The notes under the pieces are model-generated. The model was not told the DNA's origin. It was given only the letters and a program-made list of their open reading frames with translations, and searched no databases. The translations under genes and the position numbers were made by a program. Positions 51,355 through 62,089 of a DNA stretch of 64,000 nt are shown here, piece by piece (positions within the stretch are counted from its first letter, which is position 1; each line of letters opens with the position of its first letter). The stretch is taken from contig NC_134029.1 of the NCBI RefSeq assembly GCF_964204645.1, forward strand, positions 13,170,850 to 13,234,849, written 5' to 3'. Source of the DNA: Tubulanus polymorphus (Eukaryota; Animalia; Nemertea).

Positions 51355-52209
51355 ATGAAAAAAAGAACAATATTTAAGAGATTTATATTACAACCCAGAA
51401 AGTGAAGTATCATATTCTAGTATTTCAGAATTATGGGGTAAAATTAAATCTGATAATGGTGGTATAAAATATAGTGAACTAAGATTATGGTTACAAAATC
51501 AACCAACATATCAAATCCATAAGAAAATGGATAAAACTTATTTAACAAGAAAAGTTATGGTTTCATATATTGATCAACAATGGCAAGCAGATTTAATTGA
51601 CATTTTTCAACACATTCAGATAAAAAAGCATCTATTATAGAAAGATTTAATAAAACATTGAAAACTAGAATGTGGAAATATTTTACTGCTAATGAAACAT
51701 ATAAATATATCGATGTGTTAGATGATTTAGTGAAAGGTTATAATAATTCTAAACATAGTTCTATAAATATGAAACCTATACCAGCTAGAAAAGAAGATAA
51801 TTCGGAAATAGTTTGGAATAATATATATGGAGCATTTGTTACACATGATTTCGGAGAACCTAAATTTAAAATAGGGCAACATGTAAGAATATCTAAATAT
51901 AGAAAAACCTTTTATAAAGGTTATACTCCAAATTTTACTGAAGAAATATTCAAGATTAAAAAGATAATATTAACTAAACCTTTTGTTTATGAATTAGAAG
52001 ATTTAAAAGATGAAGAAATATTAGGTTATTTCTATGAACAAGAATTATCACTTGTACCAAATCCAGATGAAATAGAATACAAAATAGAAAAAGTATTGAA
52101 AACAAAAACTCTTAAAGGAAAAAAGTATTCTTTGGTGAAATATAAAGGATATGATGATAAATTTAATGAATGGATTTTATCTAGTAAAATTAAAAGAATA
52201 AATGAATAA
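51355..52209 (+). pseudogene. Integrase with chromodomain; catalytic core deleted
   Basis: At ~51601 QADLID joins directly to FSTHSDKKAS, removing the second catalytic Asp region. Confidence 0.88.
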
Positions 52210-53990
52210 AGATTTATTTATATTTGAACCACATAATATGATAGTTACTGGTGTTACCAACTGTGGTAAAACACATTTCATATTAGATTTGTTAGAAACT
52301 ATTTATAAGAATCATTTTGATAATATAATATTATTCTGTCCTACTTATGAAATGAATAAAACATATAATAGAGACATAGTTAAGATAAAAAAGTTTATTA
52401 TATTAAATCCTAAAACAGTAAAAGAAAATTTAGATAATTGTATAGAAATAGCAATTGATATTTATAAAGGATCAAATACATTATTCATTATAGATGATTG
52501 CGCAAATTTACATGATTCAAAAGTTAGAGAGAGTGAGTTATGTTATTTAGCTTTTTCTGGCAGACATTTTGGGATAACAACATGGGTTTTAAATCAAAAA
52601 TATAATTCAATTGTTAAAGACTTTAGAGAAAACATTAGATTTCTAGTTTTATTTTATAACAAAGATAAACAAGAAAATTAATTTTAGAAAATTATTTGAC
52701 GCCTGGGGAAAAAATGTAGAATTTCTGGGCTAAGCTAATGTGGAATTGCAAATTTGAAATCGAAGTTTTAAGAAATTTGGGGAATGATGAGATTTGGCGA
52801 TTGGGTAGATGATACAGGTCTTCGACTCTAGTAGTGGTTTAAATTTTTTTATTGAAAATTCTCAATAATTGATCGCGAACTTGCGACCGACTTCATTTAC
52901 TTATGCCTCTAAGCTGGTCTGCAACTTCATTGCCTCCATGGATGAAGAAAGAGCCCTTTTGATGTCTGCTTCATCATGACTTCGAGCATATCGTGTGGCC
53001 TAGCCAGCCGGCCCGGGCCACGGGTTTGGCTGTCACTCGATATCCTGGAGTCTTGAGTCTGGGTGGGTTGAAGTAGACATTGTCATTTAAAGTAACTCGC
53101 TTATGTTGTTCTGTATGAATTACCCGTGTGTCATGTATGTTGTATTAATTTATTTTAAAATTTGTATTTATTGAATTTGGGAATTTTATCCCGGAATTTC
53201 AATGTAATAAGGATCAATAAATAATTGAATTGAATTGTCACCTAATACACATGCCATCAGAGGACACGGAGCCGTATATGACAGCTATGCTATTATAAAT
53301 TGCTAATCTCACGAAACTTGCATATTCCTAATATCAAACATATTTTCTAAAACGTTTGAATATTGAAATTATATGTTTACACGTTTTTATATTGACCGCT
53401 TGTAGCCGCTGATGAAATTCACGCTTGCCCTACTCAGATCGTAGATAGCTTCGTCATTTCACCGGCATGCCCACGTCAGGGTCTGACTTTTATATCAGAC
53501 TTCCGCATCGTGTATACATCCGCCATTTAACCGAATAATCCGATTTACTTATCATTTCTATTTATGCCTGTCGCTTCTGATATAATCATACATCCTTTAC
53601 TATTACAATACGTCTTCTAATGATATTCAATGCAATATAACATTTCGACGTTCAAATATAGGTCATTATATAATCACAGGAAGCCATTCTACATCTATGT
53701 CAATAATATTTTGCCAGATAGCTTGTTTGTGTACACATAAACCTGTGACGTTTTGCACATCGATTTACGGCTGTCGTTTGTAAAATGACGCTGAATGGTT
53801 AGCATTGTTTAGGTTTCATAATGGTAACGTTTTATAAGGCGTCAAAAAATCTATGCAACAATCATTGGAAGAAAATCAAATTATACCTACTGAATTACAT
53901 GATGAATATATGAATAAATTAAAGAATAATAAAGGTTCAAAATTATTTCTGAGACTACAATTTCCCTATGAATATAAATTTATAAAATAA
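52202..53990 (+). pseudogene. Packaging ATPase split by a Helentron-like insertion
   Basis: ORF runs to FYNKD, then resumes at ~53846 with KSMQQSLEEN. Confidence 0.88.
52668..53845 (-). mobile_element. Helentron/HINE-like element in reverse orientation
   Basis: Subterminal IR tttgacgcc / ggcgtcaaa; left end aacaag plus AT hairpin (cttgtt end on the minus strand); inserted in an A-run. Confidence 0.65.
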
Positions 53991-54007
53991 CTATCTATAT
54001 ATCTATG

Positions 54008-54360
54008 TATTAGATGCCCTATTAGATACCCTAATACCTGATACCCCATTAGATACCCTAATACCTGATACCCTATTAGATACCTTAAATACTTAAAACC
54101 CCCTTTTTTAAAATAAATATTATTTATACAATTTTCAACCAATTTATTTTTATTTTTTCAACAAATATATGAATAAGTTTGAAAATAACCTTTATTATTA
54201 CTGAGGTTTCAATATAAATTTAAAAAAGAAATATAATTTAAGGTATTTTCAAATAATATGTATTAGATACGTATTAGATATGTATTAGATACGTATTAGA
54301 TACCTTAATACTTAAAACCCCTTTTTTATTTACTATTATTTTATACAATTTTCAACCTTT
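54008..54360. repeat. Two blocks of (G/C)TATTAGATAC repeats
   Basis: 54008-54105 and 54260-54325, each ending atacttaaaacccc. Confidence 0.75.
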
Positions 54361-54364
54361 ATTA

Positions 54365-55237
54365 TTATTTGATTGTTAGATAATTAATTTCTGAATCACT
54401 TTCATCATCACTCTCCAATTCATTATCAGGCCCTAACAATTTATTCAAATGCTCTACCGTATCTTCATAAATAATTGGTTTATTGATATACTTATTAGGC
54501 ATCTCTTCTATATCTTTATTTTCTGATTTAAGTTTCATAGAATCTTTATTATCAATGCGCTTTCCTGTATTTTCATTATTATCTTTATTAGTGTTTGCTC
54601 CTAATATTTCATTTACAGTGTTTGATCCTAATATTTCATTAGCATCGGTTAGATCTAATTCATCTTTATTAGGTGTTGCTAATAAAAAATCTTCATATAA
54701 TTCTTTACCATTTACTTTTTTATTTGAAACAAATTTTGTAACATATCTAAATGGGTGTTCTATAAATTCTCTTATACCAACACGATCTATTACATTAGTA
54801 ATATGTGAATTTGTATTCATATGTTTATTCCAATTTGATGGAGCGTTTGAAAATTCACCTTTACAATAATCACAATAATTTCTATTTTTACTCACATTTA
54901 ATATTATTGCATTATTATATGTAGAAGGTATTACATTATTTGATGTAGAGGGTATTACATTATTAGATGTAGAAGGTATTACATTATTAGATGTAGTAGG
55001 TATTACATTATTAGATGTAGAAGGTATTACATTATTAGATGTAGAAGGTATTACATTACTTAAATTATCAACAACTTCACTTTTATTATTATCGATTTCT
55101 ATTAGTTTAGTTTTATAAATCTTAAAAATAGGATCAAATATCAAAGCTATATTACAAGGTATTACATAATATAATCCATCATTATTTTCAGGGGTATCGA
55201 TGTATGGAATATGTTTATATACTTTACCTCCTTCCAT
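54365..55237 (-). CDS. 290-aa variable protein with octapeptide repeats and one zinc finger
   Basis: Intact; NVIPSTSN-type repeat x6 (24-bp unit, ~54911-55058); CDYC..HMNTNSH. Confidence 0.75.
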   Translation of the reverse strand: MEGGKVYKHIPYIDTPENNDGLYYVIPCNIALIFDPIFKIYKTKLIEIDNNKSEVVDNLSNVIPSTSNNVIPSTSNNVIPTTSNNVIPSTSNNVIPSTSNNVIPSTYNNAIILNVSKNRNYCDYCKGEFSNAPSNWNKHMNTNSHITNVIDRVGIREFIEHPFRYVTKFVSNKKVNGKELYEDFLLATPNKDELDLTDANEILGSNTVNEILGANTNKDNNENTGKRIDNKDSMKLKSENKDIEEMPNKYINKPIIYEDTVEHLNKLLGPDNELESDDESDSEINYLTIK

Positions 55238-55269
55238 TTATTATATAAATTTTTATTAAAGTTAAAATT

Positions 55270-56516
55270 TTAATACATAACACTATCTAATTGTGAATTT
55301 ACAATATTTAATTGCGTGTCAGATATAATATAAATATGCATTTTGAAATTTTTGATTCCTTTATTCTTTGTCATGAATAATTGTATTCCATCTTTAGTGT
55401 TCTGTAGTTTTTTTCCAGAACCATGTAATGAATTATCCTCTGTTGTTCTAAAATCTAACCATAATGCATATTTATTACCGGTATAATAATCAATTTGATT
55501 AATGTTACAATTTTCAGATGATTTCACTTTTTCATTCATAAAATGTTTTCTAATTTCTGGCCATTGATCAATCATTATCATTCCTTGACAAAATATTTTA
55601 TTTGCTATTCCTTCGATAGTTATTCTACTTTTGTTATTTCAGGATTATAATAATTATCAACAATTATTGCGCCATTAGTATATGTTGCAATGGTAAAAAA
55701 TATTAATATACCTTTAATAGATCTTCTTGGGAAGTTAATATTCTCATTAATAATTTCATCATTTGCATTAATAGTTACAGTTTTAAATTTATCGATATAA
55801 TCATATAATAATGAAAATCCTTGATTGTATTTAGTTTGAATTATACTTGAAATATTTTCATCGGTTACTGTATCATATTCTAAACATATATTCGATAATT
55901 TATAACTCATATCTTTATTAATGCTAGATATTACAATTTCATTTACAGGAGCAAATGTTATTTCGAATATAACGTCTTCTTGAATTGCGTATTTATATAA
56001 AGGTGCATTGTTATTTATCAATTCAAAGTCTAATGGAATTTTATATTTGCTTCCATATATACTTTTTATCAATTTATCTATAGAATTAGTTAATATTGCA
56101 TTATGCGCTTCTGATCTTAATTTATTTTGGTTTTCTGATTGGATTCCTTGAAATATCATATTATTTCTATTTTCTTTAGTTAACCATAAATCTTTATAAT
56201 GCATAAATAAATTATAATCATCTAATGAGAAAACTGTTTCTGGACCAATCTTTATAGTTAATTTTTTAATCAAATATCTTCCAACATTATCAACAACATA
56301 ATTATTATTATTACCGATTACTTTTATATCGGCTGATAAATGAATACTATTTGGAACGTAAAAAGTATTTTGTGTTAATCGAGGGATTCTAACATATAAA
56401 GTTTCATCGGGATTAATATTAGAAGGGTTATGAGTAATTATATGATGTGATCTCTCTGCTTTAATAGCATTAGATATTCTATGATTCTTAGGAGGATTGA
56501 TATAACTCCCACTCAT
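55270..56516 (-). pseudogene. Probable double jelly-roll major capsid protein (single frameshift at ~55620)
   Basis: ~415 aa, beta-strand rich, highly conserved across three copies, in a module with ATPase and penton; resembles invertebrate Polinton MCPs. Confidence 0.8.
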
Positions 56517-56556
56517 TTATTTAACAAAAAAATTAATCATTTATTTTTTATCATGT

Positions 56557-58017
56557 TTACTTGATATTTTTTGATATCATATTCACTAACCCAAAAATAA
56601 TTGCACTTACAACTGTAATTAAAAATAAAATAATATGTTCAGCAGCAAAGTTAAGAATATTCCCAGCAGATTTCAATATAAAACCAACAATTGATGCAAT
56701 AATTCCGGGTAAAGCTGCAGCAGATTTTTTAGATAGTTCCCATAAATATTTTGCTAATTTCTTTAAACCATCTTTAACTTTATCTTGTATAGAATTATTA
56801 TCTGGGGGTTTATCCGGTTTATTTGGAGTAGGAGTAGATTTCAAAGAATTTGATATTGCTAAACCAATTGTTGTAAATAACATAGTAACAGCTGTTAGAA
56901 TTGAAAGAATTGTTATTCCTTCAGACTTAAATAATAATTTTATTCTATCTTTCAATGATGTTTTAGAATTTGGTTTTATTAGATATCTTTTAAAAACATC
57001 TTTTAATCCATCAATATTATAATCATATGATTTTAATAATAATTTAATTTCTTCTTTTTGTAATTCTATGTTATATTCTAAATCATCTTTTTCTTTTTCT
57101 AAATATGCATTTCTTTTTCTAAATTCATTTTCATCAATTGCTTTACGATCAAGATCAGACTTTAATTGTTCTATTTCTTTATTTTTATCAGTTAATTCTT
57201 TTTCTAAAAATCTAATTTTAAAATCTCTTATACTTTTATCATGCATAATTTTATCAGATGCATGTCTTATACTAATAATCTCTGTAATTGCTTTATCAGA
57301 AAATATATCTAAATCTTCTAATTGTTGATTTGTTGCGTCAAGTAATCCATTCGGTAAATTTTTTTCAGTTTGAACTTCTCTTGAATTAGGTCTACTAGTT
57401 TTGGAAGTTATATTCTGTTCAGAACTTGTTTCTGGTTCTAAATTATTATCGATTGTTTCAAATAATTCATTAATTCTTTGTTTAAATACTCTTTCATTTT
57501 TAATAATTTCTTCTTGTGTTACATCTTCTATTACATTACTATTTCTTATTCTTTTAATTCTAGATAGTAATGAGTCAGACTTAAGCAAAGTTGATTCTGC
57601 TAATATTTTTTTTTGTTTTTTATAAGAGATATCAATATAATAATCATCTTTCAAACGATAATAATATTCACCATCTAAAAACTTTAATTCTTGTACTAAA
57701 AGTCTGGCACCTCTGGCATTTATATTATATCCAGATTCTTCAAATACATGTTTGAAATTATAAATATATTCATTATATTCTAAATTTTCCTTTAATAAAC
57801 CTGGATTTTCATTTTCAATAGGTATTCTCGATCTAGTTCTTCTATCAAATTCATCTGTTGATTGGCCTTTAGAACCACTATTTGCTAAATTAGAATTATA
57901 TGCTGATTCATTACCATCATCAATATTAGTTTCTGCATCATTATAATCATCATCAATATATCCTTCATTATTAATTCCCATTTCTCCCATTTCATAATCT
58001 TCTCCGCCTTCTGCCAT
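56557..58017 (-). CDS. 486-aa coiled-coil protein with C-terminal TM/amphipathic helices
   Basis: Intact; acidic N-terminus, heptad-rich middle, hydrophobic ITILSILTAVTMLFTTIGLAI and IILFLITVVSAIIFGLV. Confidence 0.82.
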   Translation of the reverse strand: MAEGGEDYEMGEMGINNEGYIDDDYNDAETNIDDGNESAYNSNLANSGSKGQSTDEFDRRTRSRIPIENENPGLLKENLEYNEYIYNFKHVFEESGYNINARGARLLVQELKFLDGEYYYRLKDDYYIDISYKKQKKILAESTLLKSDSLLSRIKRIRNSNVIEDVTQEEIIKNERVFKQRINELFETIDNNLEPETSSEQNITSKTSRPNSREVQTEKNLPNGLLDATNQQLEDLDIFSDKAITEIISIRHASDKIMHDKSIRDFKIRFLEKELTDKNKEIEQLKSDLDRKAIDENEFRKRNAYLEKEKDDLEYNIELQKEEIKLLLKSYDYNIDGLKDVFKRYLIKPNSKTSLKDRIKLLFKSEGITILSILTAVTMLFTTIGLAISNSLKSTPTPNKPDKPPDNNSIQDKVKDGLKKLAKYLWELSKKSAAALPGIIASIVGFILKSAGNILNFAAEHIILFLITVVSAIIFGLVNMISKNIK

Positions 58018-58033
58018 TTACATAATAAAAAAA

Positions 58034-59421
58034 TTAAAATTTAAAATATAATATTCCTCCGATTACAATTCCTATACAAGTTATAGCTAATTTGGTATTT
58101 TCATGGGATTTATTATCATCATTTAGTTTAATTATATCATGTTGAATATTATCAGTTTTAATATTTTCTGATGTATTGTAATATTTTATTTTAGAATCAT
58201 TATTTAATTTAATATTCTTAGTTTTAGTTTCTGTTGATTGAATATGTTTTTTATTTTTTTCACCTTCCATTAATTTTGGAGCAGTAATTATCTTTTTATT
58301 TATATCATTTAATCCAAATGAATTATTTATTGTTGCAGTTTTAATTAGATTATTGTAACCAATTATGTTTCCCATCTTTAATACTAAATCATTAGAAATG
58401 ATTAATAGATTAGGGCCTATACAATAATTTAGTCTTACATGTGATTTATCTAAATAATTTTGATATCTTACAATGTTTTCTGGAATCGATTTATTTTTAT
58501 CATTATGAATTGAATCTTCAAATAATACTTTGAATTGTTTCTGCGCATCGAATGAAGTGTTATCATTTCCTATTATTGGGGATCTTGTTTCAACTTGCGC
58601 ACCTAAAATACATATCAAATAAGTTCTAATAGATTGATTTATTCTTTGTATACCTGATTTAGTAAAACCTTCACTATTTTCTAAAATGAAATTAATCCAA
58701 CCATTATTGTTTTCTTGTTTTAAATTATCATAAAATGTCGGTAATTTATTGAAATTTAATGTTTCTAAATCCTTTGTTTCTATTTTACCATAACCTAATT
58801 TATTACTATAGATATTATACAAACTATTAGATGGTATGGGAAGTGCACAATATTCTGCAATCTTTTTAGGGCAAGGAAGTGATCTTATTGTTCCAATTTT
58901 TGTTTAAAATCAGAATTATTTATATCTATATTAAATTCATTGCAAATTTTATAAAACTTTGATAAATTAATATTATTATCTAATTCTTTAAAATACCTAG
59001 ATCCTGGTAAAGCGCACTCTTATTCATTTAATACTATTCTGATTTGAAAGTATGTATGAAATCTAAATAAACTTTGAATTAATTTATATTTAGACTTATT
59101 CAAATGATCATTCCAACTCATTCCACATCCTGTTGTTGCACAATAAACAGCAAAATTTAATTGGTTCTGCCAATACTTCATATTAGATTTTAATAACCAT
59201 TGTTTTTCATCTTTCAATTTTTTAAAATTAATTAAATATACATGAAATATATTTTCCATCTTTGCATTAAAATTATTAGTTTCAGTAACATTAATTTCTA
59301 AATTAGTTAATGAATCTAAAACTTCATTTCTATATGTAATATCCTTATTAAAATCTATTGCAGGAATATTATATTTAATTGATTTATTATATTGGAAAGC
59401 TTTTGGAAAACTATCTGCCAT
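58034..59421 (-). pseudogene. Conserved ~460-aa structural-module protein with C-terminal TM
   Basis: ORFs 59020-59421 and 58034-58822 belong to one gene broken by a stop and a frameshift; WQNQLNFAVYCATTGCG motif. Confidence 0.8.
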
Positions 59422-59437
59422 TTATGTAATTAAAAAA

Positions 59438-59863
59438 TTAATAATTTATTAATTCTTTTAATAATTTATCTTGTTCTTCAACTGTTATATGACCATTTAA
59501 ACTTACTATATAATCTAGTGTATTCTTTAATTTATTAATTTCTTTTATATTAGTTTTAATTTTTTCTTTATTACTTTTTATATTTAATTTTGAACTTATA
59601 CCAGTTAAAACACTTGAACTTAATCCTAACACACCAATTGATATAGCTAAAGGTGTTAATGGACTGAATATTGCTAGAAATGTTATTACAGAACTAATTG
59701 TAACCGAACCACTTATAATCAAATAATATATAATTTTACTTTTTAAATATTTTTTCTTTTTAACTTTTAAATCACTTTCAAATTCTAACATTTGTTTTTC
59801 TAAATATATTTTTAATTTAGTTTTATTCATATCATGAGGAATAATATCAATATTATCATCCAT
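59438..59863 (-). CDS. 141-aa two-TM hairpin protein flanked by helices
   Basis: Intact; two adjacent hydrophobic helices flanked by basic coiled segments. Confidence 0.75.
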   Translation of the reverse strand: MDDNIDIIPHDMNKTKLKIYLEKQMLEFESDLKVKKKKYLKSKIIYYLIISGSVTISSVITFLAIFSPLTPLAISIGVLGLSSSVLTGISSKLNIKSNKEKIKTNIKEINKLKNTLDYIVSLNGHITVEEQDKLLKELINY

Positions 59864-59879
59864 TTATTTAGCAAAAAAA

Positions 59880-60320
59880 ATTACTAATTAGTAAACTTAT
59901 ACGCCACAAATATAACAATAACTGTTCCACCTAAAATTCCATATTACACCTCCATATTATTTCATATTTCTGTTGTTCTTTACTTGGGGTATAATAATCT
60001 GATAATTTAGGTTTGTATAGATGTAATTTTTCTTTATTGGTTACCGCGTTATAAAAACTCATTGCATCATCAACTGATATAAAATCTCTATGTGAAATAT
60101 CCTGATCATATAATTCTTTGTTAATATAATCCATATAGTTTTGCCTCTTTTCTCTATATTCTTCTGCTGCTTTATTATATTTCTCTAATGCTAAGTTATG
60201 TCTTCTTTGTTCTCCTAATGAACTATTTTTATCAATATGCTTAAATAAATAACCACCACCAGTAAATGCTAAAGCGTTAACAATTGCCGATCCTATAATA
60301 GTTATAATTGCAGAAGCCAT
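59880..60320 (-). pseudogene. Membrane protein with hydrophobic Gly-rich N-terminus; 3' frameshift from a short duplication
   Basis: ORF 59931-60320; extra sequence at ~59940-59955 relative to copy 2. Confidence 0.75.
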
Positions 60321-60342
60321 TTATTTAGCAAAAAATATGCAT

Positions 60343-60564
60343 TTATATAGGAGAAATATATTTTTGTTTTTCCAAATAATCAATTGTTAAATTAGATAAA
60401 GTTACTGCTAACGTTAATTTTAAAATATCATTTATATCAAATCTATCAACATTAACACTCCCCATTTTAAATACTTTTTTTAATACCATTGAATAAGCAA
60501 CAGTTCCAACTGATAGTAATGCTCCATTATATAATCCAGTTATTATCCACTTATTATCACTCAT
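60343..60564 (-). CDS. 73-aa hydrophobic protein
   Basis: Intact, TAAATG start, conserved in copy 2. Confidence 0.75.
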   Translation of the reverse strand: MSDNKWIITGLYNGALLSVGTVAYSMVLKKVFKMGSVNVDRFDINDILKLTLAVTLSNLTIDYLEKQKYISPI

Positions 60565-60921
60565 TTATTTATCAAAAAAATTACTATCATCAAAATATTT
60601 AGTTAACTTAGTGATGATTAAATCAACATTTATTTCATTACTAGTTTCATTTGTATATATTTCAATTATTATTTTTTTAATATCATCGATGATAAAATCT
60701 TCATCTAATTCATAAAATCTTAAAGATTCTCTAATTAAATTAGTAATCTTTTCTACATTAAAAGTTTCTTTATCTATTGTTGTTTCATACTCAAATGTTG
60801 TTTCATTAGAAAATGTAATATTTTTGATATGTGTAATTACATCATTAACGTTAAATTTCATTTCTTTCTCATGTTTAAAATCAAACCCAAAACATATACT
60901 CGGTCCAACAGTTATATTCAT
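60565..60921 (-). CDS. 118-aa protein of unknown function
   Basis: Intact, TAAATG start, homolog in copy 2. Confidence 0.7.
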   Translation of the reverse strand: MNITVGPSICFGFDFKHEKEMKFNVNDVITHIKNITFSNETTFEYETTIDKETFNVEKITNLIRESLRFYELDEDFIIDDIKKIIIEIYTNETSNEINVDLIITKLTKYFDDSNFFDK

Positions 60922-60937
60922 TTATATAGTGAAAAAA

Positions 60938-61692
60938 TTACTCTTTGCATCTTATAACTAATTCATATATCACAGGAAAGTTATTCAAATCAATTAAATA
61001 ACCATTATGATTTCTTATTTCTAATTTAAAATTATTGAAATGTGGAATACAAGGTTTGAAATCACATTCAGTTAAAGTATAATTTATTTGAGTTCCAAAT
61101 TGTTTAACATTTTTAGCGGTAAAATATTTAGTATACTAGAACTACAAATTGTTTCTTTGGTTGCTTCGAAAGTTTTTGTAGGCTCGATTAAATTGCAATA
61201 AATATAAAAGTGTGTAAAAGGTATTATATTTGAGCTGCCTTCTGCGTTTCCAGTAACTGTAAGCGGTTTAATTCCTAACATTTTAGCCAGTGGTTTGTTT
61301 ACCATAAATTTATGTTGTTCATTACATATCTTTATTCTAATTTTATTAGTACTATCAATTTTATTAAATTTAATTTCAAATACAGAAGTGCCCCCGATTT
61401 TCAACCGAGCTCTTCTATTTATTTCCTGCGCTAATGATTCTAAATTATATAATCCTGGTTTTAAAAATATATGAAACCATTTATCTTTATTTCTCATATA
61501 AATCATAAACCCTCTATGTTCAAAAGTTTTATCCGATACATTGTAAAAAGAATTACATAAACTTATATTAACTAATTTTAAATCTACACAATTCTTGAAT
61601 TCTCTATCTAATTGTACTAGTAAATTATGTGATTTATAATTTGTAAGCCTTCTAGAATCAACAAATATTCTGTATTCTTTTAATTCCACCAT
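60938..61692 (-). pseudogene. Probable minor capsid protein (penton, single jelly roll), frameshift near the 3' end
   Basis: IFVDSR, NSFYNV, LKPGLYN, LAKMLG, FYIYCNLI, SSILNILP; out-of-frame tail KLEIRNHNGYLIDLNNFPVIYEL is typical of Polinton/virophage pentons. Confidence 0.75.
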
Positions 61693-61706
61693 TTATTTTA
61701 CATATT

Positions 61707-62060
61707 TTATTCGAAATCTATTTCATGATGGCCCTTTTAATTCTTACCTTTGTATACGAAATAGAAATCACCAGAACATAATTCTTCTAGATCTTCACTT
61801 GATAATCTATGAAATCTATCCGGTAAATATGTTCTGAATTTATACGTATTTCCTTTTAATCCTTCATATTCTAAGTGTATAACTAATTTATCTCCATAGT
61901 TATTAGTAACTGTATCAATATTTGTAATTAGATATTTCTTATGAATTGTTAATTCTGTTAACTTTTTGAATTTATCATTTACAGATTTTACATTTGTTAT
62001 ATCTTTAATTCTATCTAGAAATAATTTGTTGTTCTCACTGTGTGCTTGTTTACTCTCCAT
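61707..62060 (-). pseudogene. Homolog of 32571-32912 (possible OB-fold SSB), premature stop near the end
   Basis: High similarity to the copy 3 ORF. Confidence 0.65.
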
Positions 62061-62089
62061 TTATAATACATATTTTTATTAAAATTTGA

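Noticed and set aside
55600-55640. Programmed frameshift in MCP
   Set aside because: Frameshift positions differ between copies and copy 1 reads through this point, consistent with decay or sequencing error.
56561-57625. Plus-strand ORFs (also 54483-54869, 4124-4318, 22009-22595; minus-strand 14663-15004)
   Set aside because: Antisense shadows of real viral genes on the other strand.
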